Assembly (NCBI RefSeq): GCF_009914755.1
Contig: NC_060948.1
DNA length: 64,000 nt
Origin: the human T2T-CHM13v2.0 reference genome, Homo sapiens
Direction: 5' to 3' (one strand)
A program made the position numbers and the translations under genes. The notes beneath the pieces are model-generated. The model ran no database searches and was not told the DNA's origin. It saw only the letters and a list, made by a program, of their open reading frames with translations. This document shows positions 62,601 through 64,000 of this stretch, one piece after another (the stretch's first letter is position 1; the number at the start of each line of letters is the position of its first letter).

Positions 62601-64000
62601 GGTTGTATCTCTGCCAGGTTTTGGTATCAGGATAATTCTGACTTCATAGACTTCATAGAATGAGGTGGGGAGAAGTTCCTCCTTTTCAATATTTTGTAAT
62701 CATTTTGAAATAAATGGCACCAGCTCCTCTTTGTACCTCTGGTATAATTCAGCTGTAAATCCATCTGGTCCTGGACTTTTCTGTTTGTTTGTTTGTTTGG
62801 TAGACTATTTATTACTGCCCCAATTTCAGAACTTGTTATTAGTCTATTCAGGGATTCAACTTCTTCCTGGTTCAGTTTTGGGAAGGAGTGTGTGTCCAGG
62901 AATTTACCAATTTCTTCTAGATTTTCTAGTTTATTTGCATAAAGTTGTTTATAGTATTCTCTCATGTTTATTTGTATTTCTTTGGGGTCAGTTGTGATAT
63001 CCCCTTTATCATTCTTTATTGTGTCTATTTGATTCTTCCCTCTTTTCTCCTTGTTTGTCTAGCTAGTGGTTTATCTATTTTATTAATTTTTTCAAAAAAA
63101 TAGCTTCTGAATTTGTTGATTTTTTGAAGGGTTTTTGTGTCTCTATCTTTCTCAGTTCACTCTGATCTTGGTTATTTCTTGTCTTCTGCTAACTTGGGAA
63201 TTTGTTTGCTCTTGGTTCTCTAGTTATTTTAGTTGTGTTGTTAAGATGTCAATTTGAGGCCACACACATTTTTGTCTGCATTTTCTTTATGGCACAGCAA
63301 GGAGAGGACAATACTTGCAAATCACGACAATTAAATTAAAGAAATTAGGCAATGTATTTAACTCCTGCATACACTTTTCTGGATCCTCTGAAACCTGGCC
63401 AAATTTTTTATTGTATAAAGCTAAATCACACATAGAAAATGACATATGTACTATAAATATTTCCCAATTTCCATCAGCTACCTCCCAGAGTGGACTCAGG
63501 TTTGATTTTAAAGGCTGATTAGGTGCCCCACTCCCAGTGGTACTGGTTGGGTTTACTTCCTTGGACAGAGGCTGGTATAGGCTGAGATGAATTAGATAAG
63601 GAGGAGGGGTGCCTGATAACCTTGGGATGGAATCCTTTATTTACATACTGGATATACCTCTCTCAGAATTGGTGAAATAAGTAGGCTACAGAGGGTGTAG
63701 GTCTTCTAGGGGGAACCACTAGGAGGGAATCCCTTGGGCATGACTTTCTGGTGTCTAAAATTAACAGGAGCCAGTATAAGGCCATAAAAGCCTGTACACA
63801 AGGGACCTCCTTCCATTTTCCTTTAAAAAAAAAAAAACAGAATAAGTCCAGTTGTAAAATAGCAGTATAATGTATAGAACCATGTTTAGGCCAAATCTCT
63901 TGGTTTTCTCATTTTTATTGGACCCAAGAGGTGTTGCAATAGAAAAGGAGTTTCTGTTTTCTAAGCTGAATTTCAAATGCTCTAATAACCTAAAATACAT
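59640..64000 (-). pseudogene. Decayed ERV1 gag split by L1 insertion
   Basis: Matrix LLFYCNTSWVQ...IWPKHGSIHYTAILQLDLFC / KWKEVPCVQAFMAL at 63780-63950; MHR and capsid ITQGKDKNPALF...FITQSVPDIRRKLQK at 59822-60136; degenerate zinc knuckle NQCAYYKQKGHWKLEFP at about 59650-59705. Confidence 0.9.
60139..63259 (-). mobile_element. 5'-truncated L1PA (about PA10-13) inserted in gag
   Basis: ORF2 fragments ([22 protein letters not shown]; [10 protein letters not shown]), 3'UTR and T tail; 12-bp TSD ccacacacattt (60127-60138, 63260-63271). Confidence 0.95.

Larger units (their letters stand above)
57293..64000 (-). mobile_element. ERV1 internal region (gag, MER4-like non-coding segment, integrase tail, env tail), interrupted by L1
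   Basis: gag, integrase and env-tail remnants in the correct order on the minus strand leading to the LTR at 57292. Confidence 0.8.

Overview
This is AT-rich, CpG-depleted primate (very likely human) genomic DNA made mostly of old transposable elements. I find no intact protein-coding gene, RNA gene or CRISPR array. The one recognisable gene-derived sequence is a near full-length, inactivated processed pseudogene of UBE2V1 (minus strand, 7799-9964), inserted into a MER4-group endogenous retrovirus and itself interrupted by an Alu. Other content: class I (ERV1/MER4-group) proviral remnants, two of them with decayed gag (1-1196; 59640-64000); two complete MaLR (MST-type) proviruses; several solo LTRs; nested LINE-1s, including a near full-length L1PA15/16-type copy lacking its endonuclease domain; nine near full-length Alus and one short Alu fragment; L2, MIR and HAL1 relics. 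Most supplied ORFs are chance frames or fragments of these repeats. Repeat subfamily names are from recalled consensus sequences and need RepeatMasker/Dfam confirmation. I see no evidence of a new biological system; the findings concern insertion history, repair scars and possible conversion or regulatory signals.
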